A stretch of DNA of 63,993 nt, the filler included, from Gonapodya sp. JEL0774 (lineage: Eukaryota), in assembly GCA_027604505.1 (NCBI GenBank). It is 3 parts of 3 records of this genome, joined end to end, with 100 filler letters (N's around TTAATTAATTAA, not from the genome) between each part and the next. Parts side by side here need not be neighbours in the genome. Positions count along the whole stretch, not along the records: positions 1 to 24,711 come from JADIIX010000228.1; 2 more parts are not named here. One strand, given 5' to 3'. The translations under genes were made by a program, and so were the position numbers. Under the pieces are notes generated by a model. It ran no database searches. It worked only from the letters and a program-made list of their open reading frames with translations, and was not told the DNA's origin. Below are positions 1-13,281 of this stretch, one piece after another (position 1 is the first letter of the stretch; each line of letters begins with the position of its first letter).

Positions 1-845
1 ATCATTTTTTAAAAATCGGTTCAGGGGTCTCGGCTTCCCCTGTAGGGGGGGGAAGCCCGGGAAGCCGGAATTTAGTGCTAAATTCCAACATCCGCTATAT
101 AGTGTTTAAAGTGCCTAGTTACAAATTCAAAGTTTTGGACCCTATCGCCAGTTTTGGCCCAAAAAGCCCCGTTTTCACAGGGGTAACTGTACTTCCCCAC
201 TCACAAAAAACAATTTACTATAAATGGGGAGTGTGTTGGGAGAGTTTGGGACAGTTTGGAGGGGTTCACACAATCGATTCACATTCACACACCCCTAGTA
301 GTTTAGCCTTCACCTTACCAAACCCAGCCATTGTCGCAACCAACACGAGCACCATAGACACTGGTTGCACGTGGTAGCAATGTAAGTGGATCTTTTGAAG
401 TCGACAAGGACATTTGCACTGTCTCATGAGGCTCACGAGACCACAAATATGGCTTCTGCATTGGATGTAATGGACTGTACAGCTTACTACCCTCGGGGTT
501 CTAGAATGAGTGCAGTTTGCGGCTGCACTTTTGAGATCAATTGGCGACTTCACTTCCAACATCACGCTCCGAATGTCATCTGTCGCCCGGTAAGGGTTCT
601 TCTTACAGATATTTTTAATTCAAAGACGTTCACTTGGGCCTCCATCACCATCAAATTGTTGCCGATGTGTTGTTACGATGAAACTTTGGCAAGTTGTGGA
701 GGCGGGTTGCTTCACGTGACCAAATGGTCGAGCACAGGACCGGGGCACTGTTCGAAATGCACTCTCCCCTCCACCACTCTGTTTCTGTCGCATGCGGATT
801 CCCACCGAACAAACCTTACTTACGAAGACAAGTAGTTAATATGTA

Positions 846-3594
846 TCACTTACTCCAAATCACGTGCAAATAATCTGCCCTAAAGTTATGCGATTTCGCG
901 AATCCTGCTTTTAAAAACGCCTTTGTAAGCACGTGGTCGTTGCAAAATTGCTCTCGTTGATTTTCCGCAACATCGTAATGTCGCATAGGAACAATAAATG
1001 GCATAAAAGTCATCTGGAGCTGTTCCATCTGCTCGCCAGTTCTAAGATCGCGAGGAAACCGCAAACCGATCTCATGGAACATCAAGCTCAGTGCTGGTCC
1101 GAGTACCAAATGACCGACAATCTGCGCCGTCGCAAGCCAAAGAGCAGCCAGATGAAGCTGGTCCGGTGTCTCCATTTCCATTTCCTCTAGATGAAGTCCG
1201 GAATCTTTTTGGATTATTGTTACGTGTGGGCGTGTCACAGGTTGCGGCATCTCATTTCGATTTCTCAAATAAGGGAGCGATTTTCGTCAGGATTTAAAGC
1301 TGGTGTCCGGTAAAACATTAATCGTCAACTGAGCTGTGGTGGTCACGTGGGCCATGAATAACTCACAGGTGAAATGATCTTCTCTTTTGAGCATGTCTTC
1401 GTTTCCCTCAATCCACGATTTCAAGCCGTCCAATAGGTGAATGTGATCGTAAAAGTCCCCGTTACTTTTCGATACGTGGTTATCAAGACGACGCTCGTCG
1501 CTCAAACATTGGGCCGCAAGTGCGTCCTACGATTGCGGACAATAAAAGTGTATTTTATACCAGAATGTAAAATGCAAAGAATAGGTACATGACCCTCTTT
1601 CATGAACGACACCGTCAGCCACTACGTAAACAGGAATCGTCCTTTAAATTTGATTCCGTTCTTCGTCAAATAATCGGAGAAACTGTACCTTTTTCGAGTC
1701 AAAATCCACACCATGAAACAAAAGTATTCGGCAAACCATTTCATGTGGGTTGGCACCTTTGCAAAGAGAAAGCGATAAGTGTTCATCTTGAATCTAGGGG
1801 CGGAAGGATCGTCCCTCACTAGGGGATCCAATCTTGCAAAGATTTGTTAGACGTGTGCCCAAAGAGCCATTCTTGCGGTTCTGAAATGAACAAAAAAGTT
1901 TGTACACTCGAGGGTCACTTGATGCAGTACCCGCAAGTTCTCGGAGAAGAGAAGAAAGTGTCGCATCATCGAGGTTGTAGCTGAGCAGGTTCGGGTCAGA
2001 GTCCCAAGGTAACAGAACACCGCTCCCCAGCTGTGTGCGGCAAAAGAAATGAAATTTGGCGCCAGTTGAATTCAATAACGGAATCATGTGGCGTTGGTTT
2101 GATTCAGTTCGTTCAGTGGAGTTCGATGGGAACCCAAATGCTCTTGCGCAAAGAGCAAGGCTGACTTCTTCCTTCCTATTCATCGAGTGCATGAGTAACA
2201 TCAACTCAACACCTTTTGTATCGACTTGCCAAGACTTTCTTTGCGATCCACGGTTTCCGCTTTTTGCGACAGCCTCTTCGATTAGCGCGTCTCCAAAGGA
2301 GCTCAGGATTTGATGGATATGTGCCACCATTGGCTGATAGCCAGCGACCAAGACGTGGACCGCATTCTTCATTGCTATTTCTCGATCTGTAAGTGTGGGC
2401 AGTACCGGAAATTGGGACACGGGCATGCGAAGCTTCTTAGACGAGCGAGGTGAGAGTATGCTTGGCTGCGTTGGCTAGCAAAGCGAACGAGGAACCGCTC
2501 AGTTCCCTGGATGATGTAAAAGCAATTGTTACGCTCACTGTGGTGCGGTCGGTTGACTCAAGACCGCGAGTAATCGTTGATGGGAAAGATACTTTTGTTT
2601 TTGGAGAGGGTTTGTGAGTGACCGACGGATGTGGGCTCGTTCTGTGGATGAGGGAGGTTTGGTGAAACTGACTTGGCGGTGTCTGAAAGTGAGGCTGGGC
2701 GGTCCAAAATGGGTTTTGGATAGTTGGCGGACTCCCCGCAACAGGTGGATGTAGCAACGGTGTTTGCTTGAGTTGAATACTTGTGGCTACTTTCGCTAAG
2801 GGATTGTCATTTTGGAACTCGTTAGGGTGAGGTACCACGGACGGACGGTCTTTCATCGGCTGACTCGGGTGGAAGACCGAAGAGCTTCTCGGCGATGGCT
2901 GAGGAGCACCGACGTTCATACGCGCTAGCATGCCTATCGTCCCTGGTAGCGAGGAGTGCACTCGAGCATCACCAGTTGCCGACTGCGGCGAAGGTGTCGC
3001 GGCGAAGAATTCCAACTCGTGATTAGAGGTTGATTCCGATTTCATTGAAAGGATGGTATCGTGGAGAGTGGTTGAATGAATGGACGACAGGCTCCGCGAA
3101 GGGGAGGGAGCTTTCGGGTACGGCTGAAAAGCCCTATAGTTCGATATGGCTGCTCCGATCGGGCTTCCTATTTTTCTCATCTCGCCCTCGCCAAACATGT
3201 CTGTACTGAAAATATGCGGTGGTGTCATCCCAGGGAGAGAATCGTTTTGAGGAGGATGAGGGGCACTGGCGGCAGGAGGAGAGTCGGAAATACATTGACC
3301 TTGCATCGAACGAAATGGGTCCGCCATCGTAATCGTAACAGTATCTCTAACGAGGTATCGACTTGGTTTCAGAGCACCGCAGTTGGTGCCTGCACCTGGT
3401 TTCCTCATGTATTGATTAAATATTCCCGAGTCTGGGACAAGACCTGAAGCAGTCCAGCCAGCGAGCACGGTTCGGAAGTCCGCTTTTTCGTGAGTCGGCA
3501 ACCAGCAATCCGACGCTAGCGAGGGGAGGAATAGGATACGCCAGTTGTTTTTCGAAGCTCCAGGCTGTATGAGGAGGAAGGCGGATGGGCGCAC
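846..3594 (-). CDS. Hypothetical multi-segment protein (Pro/Ser-rich N-terminus), possibly TE-derived; 3' part degenerate
   Basis: Consecutive minus-strand ORFs 2437-3594, 1794-2426, 1622-1831, 1287-1505 and 846-1268. No recognisable domain. Confidence 0.35.
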
Positions 3595-3901
3595 ATCTCA
3601 AGCGAATAAATGGAACTCTCTCGTGTAGGATACAAGAAAGTGATGTTGTCTATGTGATTTCTTGGATGTAAAATGTTGCACAGATGATATAGTGCCGCCG
3701 CCAGTGGATTGATGACCAAATAGAGAGCAATACGAAGTCGGTTCCGTTCGTGGTAGTAAATTTGTCAGTAAGAGCTACATTTAATACTAGTGAAGGAGAA
3801 ATATGTTGATGTGACTGTGTGTCTAGAATCTACGGTCATGACGGAGGTGGGGTATCTCGAATACGGGTAAAGTTCCATGCTTGTTTATCGGGCGCGGTTT
3901 T

Positions 3902-5788
3902 TCAATCCACTTTTTTGCCCATCAGGCGAAGATAATCGATGTGTAGCATAAAGGCGTCATACGTTGTTTCCTGTTCAAACACTGTTTCAGAGTGATTCAA
4001 ATCGAGGTTGCAAAACCAGGCAAAATTCTCACCCTATAGTTGTATTCAATACCAAAATCTGCGCACGTTGCTCTGACGATTTTATGGACTATCGGGTGGT
4101 AGTACTGGTTGATTCGTGGGAAGATGTGATGAGTTGCCTTGAGAAACATGTTGGAGATTGTGACTTGGAAAATTGAATTTGCCTGATTGAGTATGACTAA
4201 ATACCTGAAAATTGAATCCCACGGAGAATACTGTCCAGAAGTATGAGTCGTGCGCCCAATCCATTGACGTCCGAACTTGGTGCTCGGCCCAATCGTACGG
4301 AAGCACGTTGTTTTTATCAGGTTCTGGCCATTCGCAAGCTTCCATAAAATTGAAATCAGGGCGGCGATTGTGAGAAACTTGAATCATTTTCGAGTGACGA
4401 GTTTGGGGAAGGCTTACCAGTAACAACATGGTTTGTCCCAATCATAATTGTCAACCACCAGGAAAGAGTGAACTCGGCAATGATAAAAAGAATCGCCGCC
4501 CTCCATCCCAGCCAAATGCACGGAAGGATAAGCTGCGTCACATAGAAGAACACCTAATATGCGACCAAAGCATGAGCGCCCTATGTGTCGGAAAGGATCG
4601 ACAGTTGATCGTGCATACTTTGCCTCCCCAAAATATTGCATGGTCCAAAACGGTCATTTCATTCAGTCGGATCGACATGATCTTCTTCTTGACGTACATC
4701 TCCTTCACTTCCTCGGGTCGTTTGACAGTAGTCCACAAACAGTACATCAGAGGTGCCCAAATCTCTTGGCCCTCGTAGCGAGGAATCCAGCGTTGAATGG
4801 AATGCAGACGCCTGAACCCGCCGTCGTTGACCGAGTTGTCTGGGTCCACACCGGGCACGTTGGTGTAAGTATGATGACCGATAACGTGCTTGTAGAACCT
4901 GGATATGGAGTAGTGTTTGAGATGAAAAGTTTGTGGGCCTTTGAGTGACATGATTGGCTGGTGGTTGGTCTGGATTCACTCACCAGTGCACATGTGAGAC
5001 ACCGTTGAAAAAATCCCCGATAAGAGTGGAGGCCATTTTCCAAACCCACGGAAAGTGAGTCATAGAGAGGTGTGTGCCATCGTGCAGGAACATCGCGGTT
5101 TGGGCACGGAAGAACCCCAACCACACCGCCCAAGCGCAACGTGTGGAAAATGACGCCTTGTCCGGACCTCCAACGTATGTACCAACATAGCCCGCAAAGA
5201 ATGCCAATGTTATCAACGCATATCGGGCCCACATGTTCACCGGCGGAAGGGACGGATCCTGTCCCGTTTGTCGAAAGTGCTCTTTGACGCGGCGTTTCAC
5301 CTCGCGGAAAAAGGGTGACGGTTCAGGGAAGGTCGGGAGTTCTGTTGAGATGAGCTCTCCCACGTAGAATTTCGGGAGCATGGATAGGATGGCGAAGTCG
5401 TGGTATGCTTCTATGACCTGAGTGACGTCGCGACCAGCCGAAAGACGAATCTGCGCACCGAATAAGCCGCGATAACATTAAGCATGTCCCTTTAAAGCAA
5501 AGTTCAAGTACCCAAGGATGTTGTGGTCATAACTCACCACTTCGCTTCCGCCTGAGGCATCATCACGCCGCAACAGTAGAGCGTTGATCTGGTCAATCCA
5601 CGGATGCACGGTGGTACTTCCATCGTCTTTGTCTTACCTGGATGAGACTCAGCCCATTCCGTGAGGTCATAGACTTTTCCGCGTATGCTCACCCAGAGGG
5701 ACTTTGGGGTTGAGTGTTGAGCAACTTGCTCCCACGTATAGCTGGGATAGACTGAAGGCTTTTCTCGGTTGGAAACGATATCAGACAT
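3902..5788 (-). CDS. Front-end fatty acid desaturase (delta-5/delta-6 type) with N-terminal cytochrome b5 domain, multi-exon
   Basis: Cyt b5 motif WVSIRGKVYDLTEWAESHPG; histidine boxes HDGTH, HVIGHH and, after splicing, QATHHIFP. GT-AG introns; last exon ETTYDAFMLHIDYLRLMGKKVD*. Confidence 0.92.
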
Positions 5789-7534
5789 TGAAACGATGGA
5801 TTGATTAATACAGTGATATAGTGTGGAGAGAAATGCCTGCTTTTATTCACTTTTTGGGTCTCAAGCAAGTATATACAACTATATCCACTACAACAAAGCC
5901 TCAAACCCTCGATCAAATATATTGTGGGCAATACTGGAATTGGAAAGACGCTGGTTTGACGAAATGCAGATCCGTCAAAAATTATTCCTGCGGATTCATT
6001 CCGCATCTCTTTCGGGTGTACCCTTTCCCGCCGCCGGCGGGTGACGGAAGCGACGCTGTACCGGCAAGTATATAGATAAAGAAATATATTATATCGCCGG
6101 TTAAGGCACACACAAAGATTCCCCGACTCAAAGCAGTTATACCTGATGTCGGCAAGCACAAGTCTAAGCATGATTGGCATGCGCATCTCCAGTTTCACTG
6201 GGCGTTCCGCTTGCCGGCGGCGCGAATGTAGCATTGTAAAGCTTCTCACCGAGATTGGTAATTAATCCCGCAATGCGCCGAGCTTGTCTTCGGGCCAAGA
6301 ATACCATGCTCGAAAAATCATGCAATTTTATCTGGATTTATTGCTTCGAAGGCTTGGTGAGTGGGGCGCATTGGACATGTTCAAAAAATGATGGAGTCTG
6401 TACTCTGTTGACTGTCAGATCGTCGATGCCAGACCCAGAGGTATTAGACTGAAAATCATTGACTTTCACTCCTCCTCAAGATATCTGACGTTTCCAATCC
6501 CAATGAAACTGTGGAGAAATGGTGATGAGGCCCGGCACCGAGAGATGCAAACTCGGCAAAGCGGAAACGCCTACATTGGAAGGAAGCAAATTCGTCAATT
6601 TTGATTGCAGGTAGCGCATGCTTTTCACTTTATTTGATATCATTGAGGGCAAGTATAATACTTCCCACTGTTTGTGAAAACGAAAATGACAAGAAATACA
6701 TGAAAGTGCTCCCGATGTCTCTCAGTTCGCAGGAAACTGTGGGATGAAACTCGAGGAACCATGTACACGCAACAAAACTGTTTGAGAAAGTGCTGAACTC
6801 ATAGCGCATCGAGCATCTTCTTGCTGCATGAAACGCCACAAAAGCGAGCATGTGAGGATTCAATCTTTCATGCGCGCACAATCCGCACGTGCTCGCTGTG
6901 TGATTAACTAATAATGAGGGCGGGTTTGGGGCTGAGAGGCGCGCCTTGGCAAGAGTTGCAAGCTATTCTGTGAAGGTTACAGAAGCTCACGCATCTCAAA
7001 AGATCTCTGCTTTGATTGAAATTTGTCAGGTCCCGGCGACCGGGAGCAAAGGTCTGCCCGTGCTACGATGAACAAATCATTCAAACAGCGGACGCGTATC
7101 AACCGGTCTCTGATGAGCGGAGAATCGATTTTCCAGTGTGTGTCAATACCTTTCCATATCAAAACGTAAAAAAAATTTAATGGCAGGTTGGAAAGGGTCC
7201 CATCGGATCCCCCCACAAGTTTGAGCCGACAGGGACCAAGATCACTTTCCAACCTGAGTTTGGCAGTGGACGCACTGCATTCTATGTATACGCTCCACGC
7301 CAGCCGAGCAGCCACAGAAAACTCGATGGCCATCGTCCGGAATACCCGGTAGTTCTCGCACTCGTGTCCACCAACGGTTTCTGCCCGTTGCCTGGCGTCC
7401 TTTTATCGTCAATCGAGGAATCCGGCTCAATTTGGACCCCTCATTTCCTCTGCACGTGTCGCCCAAGATCAAGATTCTTGAAATGGACCAACAGTCTCTG
7501 CGGGGAGGAGCTGTACCTCTAAGCAGGTATTATA

Positions 7535-9951
7535 ATGATTCAAGCAGCATCAATTCTCTCTCTTCTGGCAATCTTTGCACCCGCGAGCATCACTGCCGCA
7601 ACGGCGGGCACGTTTACGACCCTTGCTTTCAACGTTGCTGGACTCCCTGCGCTCTTACAGAGTAATGGGGTTCCGGGAGATAAAGCAACCGTGGCAGGTG
7701 AAATCGGAACGTATTTTGCAAAGTATGGCTACGATGTGATCAACTTGCAGGAGGTGAGTAAGAGCCTCGTTCTGGTTCCCAAGACAATGGCGTGGGGTGC
7801 AATCACTCTTCCTCCATTTGGGACCCCTTTCTTCCTCCCTGCCAGGACTTCAATTATCATGCCTACATTTATGCTACGGACAATCACCCTTATCGGACCC
7901 CAACATCGGGGGGTGCCGCCGTCGGTTCTGGTCTGAACACTCTGTCGAATTTCCAATATCTCAGCTTCCAACGGATTAAATGGGACAAGTGCAACGGAGT
8001 GCTCGACGCTGGAAACGATTGCTTGACACCCAAAGGGTTCACTTTCATGAGAGTGCTGGTGGACGAGGGAGTGATTGTGGACATGTACAATCTCCACGCA
8101 GATGCCGAGTGCGTTTCATTGCATCCCAGAACTCGCGTTTGTCCTGCCTTTGTACCCCTTCACCCACATCTCGTTCTCGTTAAAATAGTACCACTGACGC
8201 AGATGAGGTCGCTCGAAACTCCAACATTCAACAAGTCAACGACTTCATCACCACCAACTCATATGGTAACCCTGTCGTCGTTTTCGGGGACACCAACAGT
8301 CGCTATACACGCGCTGCCGACAACATCCGCCAGTTTACCACTCAAAGCTCGCTCTATGATGCGTGAGTCTGGAATCATGCACTTTGAGTCGCGTTTTGCC
8401 CGGTTGTGACAAACAAACAAACTCTCGGTCAGATGGATCACCAACATCCGTGGTAACTCCTACCCTGCAGCTGGTGCTGCTGATATTGTGTGCGCTTCAA
8501 ATCCCAGCTCTGATTTGACTTGTGAAGTGGTGGATAAAGTCTTCTACCGTTCCTCGGGCGCCATTCAACTCACCGCATCGAGCTTTCAATATGTTGGGAG
8601 CAAATTCCTCCAGCCGGACGGTAACATCATGGCAGACCATGACCCTATATTGGTCAATTTCACGTGGAGTTTCAAGGATGGGTTCCGCCAGTCCAAACTG
8701 TTCGGCGGTGAAACAGGCACCTGGTTCAACGATCTCCCCAAGATTTCAATTCCCTCCAAAGCAGCAGTTCTTACATTCCGTGGTGCCAAGAGGCTGGACT
8801 CCGTCGGCCTCACTCTCTCAAACGGCGTGAAGCTGCGACACGGTGGTACAGGGGGCGACGAGGTCTCCCTTACGTTAGCCAACGACGAGTATTGGACATC
8901 GGCGCAACTTTGTCGCGACGAGTACCAAGGATCACAGAGAAACTACTACATCAAGGCGACGACGTCCACCGGTCGCACACTTTCTGCCGGTACCTCGGGT
9001 TCCGATTGCGAAACCTTCACCGCCCCATCGGGGTACCAAATCGTGGGCTTTTTCGGACAGGATGGCGACAACATGGACCAGCTCGGTTTCATTTACATCC
9101 CACAAGCTCGCCCGACACCCAACACCGCCGGGTGGTTCCGTCTTGGAACCGCCACATCTCCGACAAAATGCCTCGACTTCCCGCTCGGCCAAGTTGCGGG
9201 GACTCCGATGGAAATTTGGGATTGTAGTGGCGTTGGAGTGCAACAGTTCAAGGAGGTCAACGGTCAGCTGATCAACCGTGCGACGGGATGGTGCTTGGAT
9301 GTCTGGAACGGAAACGCTCAAAATGGGCAACGAGTTCAGCTCTGGCCTTGCAACGGCGCAGCAGCTCAGCAGTGGACACTCGAATCTAGTGTGAACGGCT
9401 ACTACAGGCTCAAGCTCACCGGAACAAATTATTGTCTCAACGATTTTAACTTCAACATCACGAACGGTGCGCCAGCCGTTTTGTACACGTGCGATACATC
9501 TGCTGCTTCTCTTTGGATTCCACAAAATGAGGTCGACCTTTTTGGCAACTTTGCTCTGGCATCCAAGTCTGCGCCTGCAAAATGTCTCGACTTTCCACTG
9601 GGTGCCATCCCTCAGACTCAAATGGAGCTCTGGGACTGCAACTCTGGTCTCAACCAGCGCTTTACATACCGCAACGGTCAGCTCGTGTCTCTCAGCAACC
9701 CGGATATGTGTCTCGACCTCTACAACGGTGTTCGTCAGGATGGCCAGAAGGTCGATTTGTTCCCGTGCAACAACAACGCGGCGCAGCAATGGTCGTTTGT
9801 CGCGAACACTGCAATGGGCGCGACGCAGATAAGACCCACCGGTAGCACGTTCTGTTTGAGCATCCTCAACTCCGCTACGGCAAACGGCTCGCCTGTAGGA
9901 ATTTCGACGTGTGCGGAGAATGGGGCAAGCACATGGCTGGTGCAGAGCTGA
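7535..9951 (+). CDS. Secreted EEP (endonuclease/exonuclease/phosphatase) domain protein with jacalin-like domain and two ricin-B lectin domains
   Basis: Signal-peptide-like N-terminus; EEP motifs FNVAGLP, LQEDF, NLHADA, GDTNSRY and DHDP; jacalin-like segment GGETGTWFND...HGGTGG...IVGFFG...DQLGFIY; two QxW ricin-B repeats (CLDF...QLWPCNGAAAQQW). Introns start near 7754, 8109 and 8363. Confidence 0.88.
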
Positions 9952-10148
9952 GACAGTGCAGCGCGGCTATTTGTAACCACGAATTGATGAATGGAGTGAG
10001 GAGAGACTTGTGGGGTTCCTTTCAATACTTGACACGTCTTCTTGAGTACCGAACAACTGAAAACTTTATAAACATGAATTATATTCCGCTGAGTAGAAGG
10101 TCTCGTAGGGTAGCTGAATGTTTTCGCTCCACCTGCCACTCGGGCCTG

Positions 10149-11255
10149 TCATCGACCCAATCTTCGCACCGCTCTGCTCCAGAGCCCCCGAATCTTGACT
10201 ACAGCTCCAGTAATGAACCCTTTCCCTTCTACAACTCTACGTCTCGTCGGCTCTTCTTGATGACGTTGCAAGATTCTCCCGGGAAGGTCTAGTCCATGTT
10301 GGCGGTCGTCGAAGAGTGTGGTGGTACTGGGAGTGCCGTTACTCCGAAAGATTACTGCTACAGGTGTTGCTGGGAGGAGCAGTGTCTCCCGTTTCTTTTT
10401 GCCCGCTGCGATGATTCGGTGAGCTCGTCGCAGCTTTGCTCGTACACCAGCGAACCCCTTTCGTTGGTCCGCGATGACCCTTTCAGTAGCGAGGATTTGA
10501 TTGTCCTTTTCATTGATAACCATCCGTGCCGGGGCAAGAGATGACCTGAGAAGGCATGACCTGTTCTCAGAGGCCTTCCTTCTCCACCGCAGCGGCGCGG
10601 GAAGAACCAGCAAGGTCGGATTTGAGACTTGCTATCTCCCTGCTCATCTCATCGGAAACTTCCAGCAACTGTCTGAGCTTTGTGACCGCCCAGAACCGTT
10701 CCCCGTCAATGGCAGCCATCCTGTCCGCATTTTCTTGCGCGCATGTCATCGCCGCGACAAGCAAACCATGAAAAATTTCCGAGACTTCCTCCAGCTTCAT
10801 TGACTCTGTGAGTGTCTCATCCAGCTGTGCTGTTGAGATCTCTGATTCCTTTTTGGCGGCGACGAGTTTCTTGCAGGTGTCCTCATGGAGGGCAAGGAGC
10901 TGAGACGAGTTGAGAACGGGTCCGTTGGGCCCCAGGGACAGCCCTGGCGGTTCATAGATCGTAATGGAGGATTAGGTTGGTGGTTCGGTGGCGGCCAGAG
11001 TCCGAGACCTCCGTGCTTTGGCGCAAACGGTGTGGGGGAAAGAGACTGGGGGGTCCAGTGAGTAGCCGGACGAACAGCATCCAGCGCTTTGTGTGTAGTT
11101 TTGCGATCCACCGATAATAGCGATCGACGATGGGCGGGCATGCGAGTGCGCTGAATTGGTGATGGAACGGACAAGATTATCTCAGACAGCCAGCTCTCGA
11201 ATTCGCAATCGCATCGCTTTCGGTACAGGTGAGCTGAGCGATACTTTGTAACCAC
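10149..11255 (-). pseudogene. Frameshifted copy of coiled-coil hypothetical protein (paralog of 11433-12455)
   Basis: Three ORFs in different frames (10797-11255, 10567-10800, 10149-10613) together match the single 340-aa ORF next door, e.g. GLWPPPN, ERFWA, REIASLKS, ARMVINEKD. Confidence 0.75.
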
Positions 11256-11432
11256 GAAATTGAACAGTGGAGTGAGGAGAGATTATGTAGGGTCCTTTCA
11301 ATACTTCGTTGTTATTCTTCAATAGCCAATAGTCAAAAGAGTTCTATTAATCTACTTCCAAACACTCTGAACCGAGGCTTTGCTGTCCACCACTGTTGAG
11401 TACTCTCTCCGCTCCATGTGTAACGCTGGCAC

Positions 11433-12455
11433 TCAGTTACCCAACCTTCCCACCAACCTGCTCCAAAGCCCCCGAACTTTGTTAACGGCGCCATTGACGA
11501 GTGCCTTTCTTTTCATGATACTCTCTCTCGGCGACTCTTCTTGATGACGTTGCAAAAGTTGCCCGGGAAGGTTGAATCCAAGTTGGCCCTCGTTGAAGAT
11601 TGTGGTGGTGCTGGGAGTGCCATCATTCGGAGATATCACTGCGACAGGTGTTGCTGGGGGGACCAGTGTCTCCCGTTTCGTTTTGCCAGCAGCGACCATC
11701 CGGCGAGCTCCTCGCAGCTTTGCTTTCAAACCGGCGATCCCCTTTCGTTGGTCCCCGATGACCCTCTCAGCGATGAGGACTCGATCATCCTTTTCGTTAA
11801 TAACCATCCTTGCGGCGGCCAGTGATGATTTGAGAAGCGTGACCTCGTGTCGGAGGTCTTGCGTCTCCACCTCTGCTGCACGGCGTGACGCAGCAAGCTC
11901 GGACTTGAGACTTGCAATCTCCCTGCTCATGCCATTGGTTACATCGAGCATCGCCCTGAGTTTTGCAATGGCCCAAAATCGCTCCCGCTCAATGGCCACC
12001 ATCGTCTCCGCCCCTTCCCACTCTCGCGTTGTCGCAGCGATGAGCAAGTGACGAAAAATATCAGAAACTTCTTGTACCTTGACAAGCTCAGTAATTGTCT
12101 CTTCCAGTCGTGCATTTGCGATCTCTGACACCTTGTTCGAGGCGACAAGTTTCCTACGAGTTTCCGCCAGCTGGGCCACATGCTCGGACGAGTCGGGAAG
12201 GGTTCCGTCGAGCCCAAATGAGAGCCCTGGCGGCTCACGAAACTTAATGGTCGATTTTGGTCGAGTGTTCGGTGGGGGCCAGAGTCCAAGAATCCCCCGT
12301 TCGTTGATTGCGACGACAGGATTCGCGATAGAGGTTTGGGGGCCTAGTGAGCGGCCGGACGAAGAGCATCCAGCGCTTTCCGAGAGCCTTTGCGATCCAC
12401 TGGTAACATCGATCGACGCATGACGAGCGGTTGGACGCACTGAATTGGTGAACAA
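11433..12455 (-). CDS. Hypothetical coiled-coil protein
   Basis: 340-codon open frame with heptad-like central region and an adjacent duplicate. Start codon uncertain. Confidence 0.55.
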   Translation of the reverse strand: MFTNSVRPTARHASIDVTSGSQRLSESAGCSSSGRSLGPQTSIANPVVAINERGILGLWPPPNTRPKSTIKFREPPGLSFGLDGTLPDSSEHVAQLAETRRKLVASNKVSEIANARLEETITELVKVQEVSDIFRHLLIAATTREWEGAETMVAIERERFWAIAKLRAMLDVTNGMSREIASLKSELAASRRAAEVETQDLRHEVTLLKSSLAAARMVINEKDDRVLIAERVIGDQRKGIAGLKAKLRGARRMVAAGKTKRETLVPPATPVAVISPNDGTPSTTTIFNEGQLGFNLPGQLLQRHQEESPRESIMKRKALVNGAVNKVRGLWSRLVGRLGN

Positions 12456-13281
12456 CAGACAACATTATGTCAGACAGTCCGTTATCGACTTCGCCGTCAC
12501 ATCTCTTTCGATAAAGTAGTTCCGCACCAAACGCAGGAGATAAACCCGAATGTCATTTATTCCTATTGTGCAAGGACTCACTGGACTGGCTCCAGTTTAC
12601 CGGAATGCCTCCCCATCCCGTCACAGGCACTCCAGGGGAAGACTCTGCCTCCCCACAGGCCCTAGAGACAAAGCGAGCTGGGACAAGCGAGCGATCGCTG
12701 TAAGAAGCCATGATAATTTGATTCTTCGTTGAATGAAAATGTGATGAGAAGATGGGCCTGTGCTTCTCAGGTTTCGCCGACCTGCTGCCTGAATCAAGGC
12801 GAGTTATTTATTTTACGGTTTGATTTGACTTGCCTAGGACTGTTACACTATCTGCTAGCAAAGGTTGCGCTATACGCTAGGCAATAGTAGGCAGCGAACG
12901 ACAGGCGGGACAGCAACTCTGTACGGCAATGGCTATTCGAAAGACTTTGAGCATTGGCGGAGGTCCCATTTGAAGATCATCGGCAACGCAAACAAATGCA
13001 ATGATGGTCAAGCGTTATTAATGTAAATAAAATTCCATTTGCTTTAGAATGTGCTCCCCATCATGCATCTTCACCTGAAGAGATTGGCTTCCTCCCTACG
13101 ATACAATATCACGGCGCGAGCCATCCACGACATTAAACATAAAGTAGTACTTTTTCAACGGAAACTGATGCGTTCAAATTTCGTTGACGATTGTTGATCA
13201 GGAGCTTGGTATTAATGTTGAAGTGGACCCTCAACTCCTACATTCCCCCGTAAAGAAGTGCATTTTCAAGCGCACCCGATC

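Larger units (their letters stand above)
9945..12515. repeat. Diverged tandem duplication, unit about 1.28 kb
   Basis: GAGCTGAG...TTTGTAACCACGAA...TGGAGTGAGGAGAGA...CCTTTCAATACTT occurs at ~9945 and ~11231. TGAATTGGTGA...CAGACAG occurs at ~11152 and ~12441. Confidence 0.85.
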
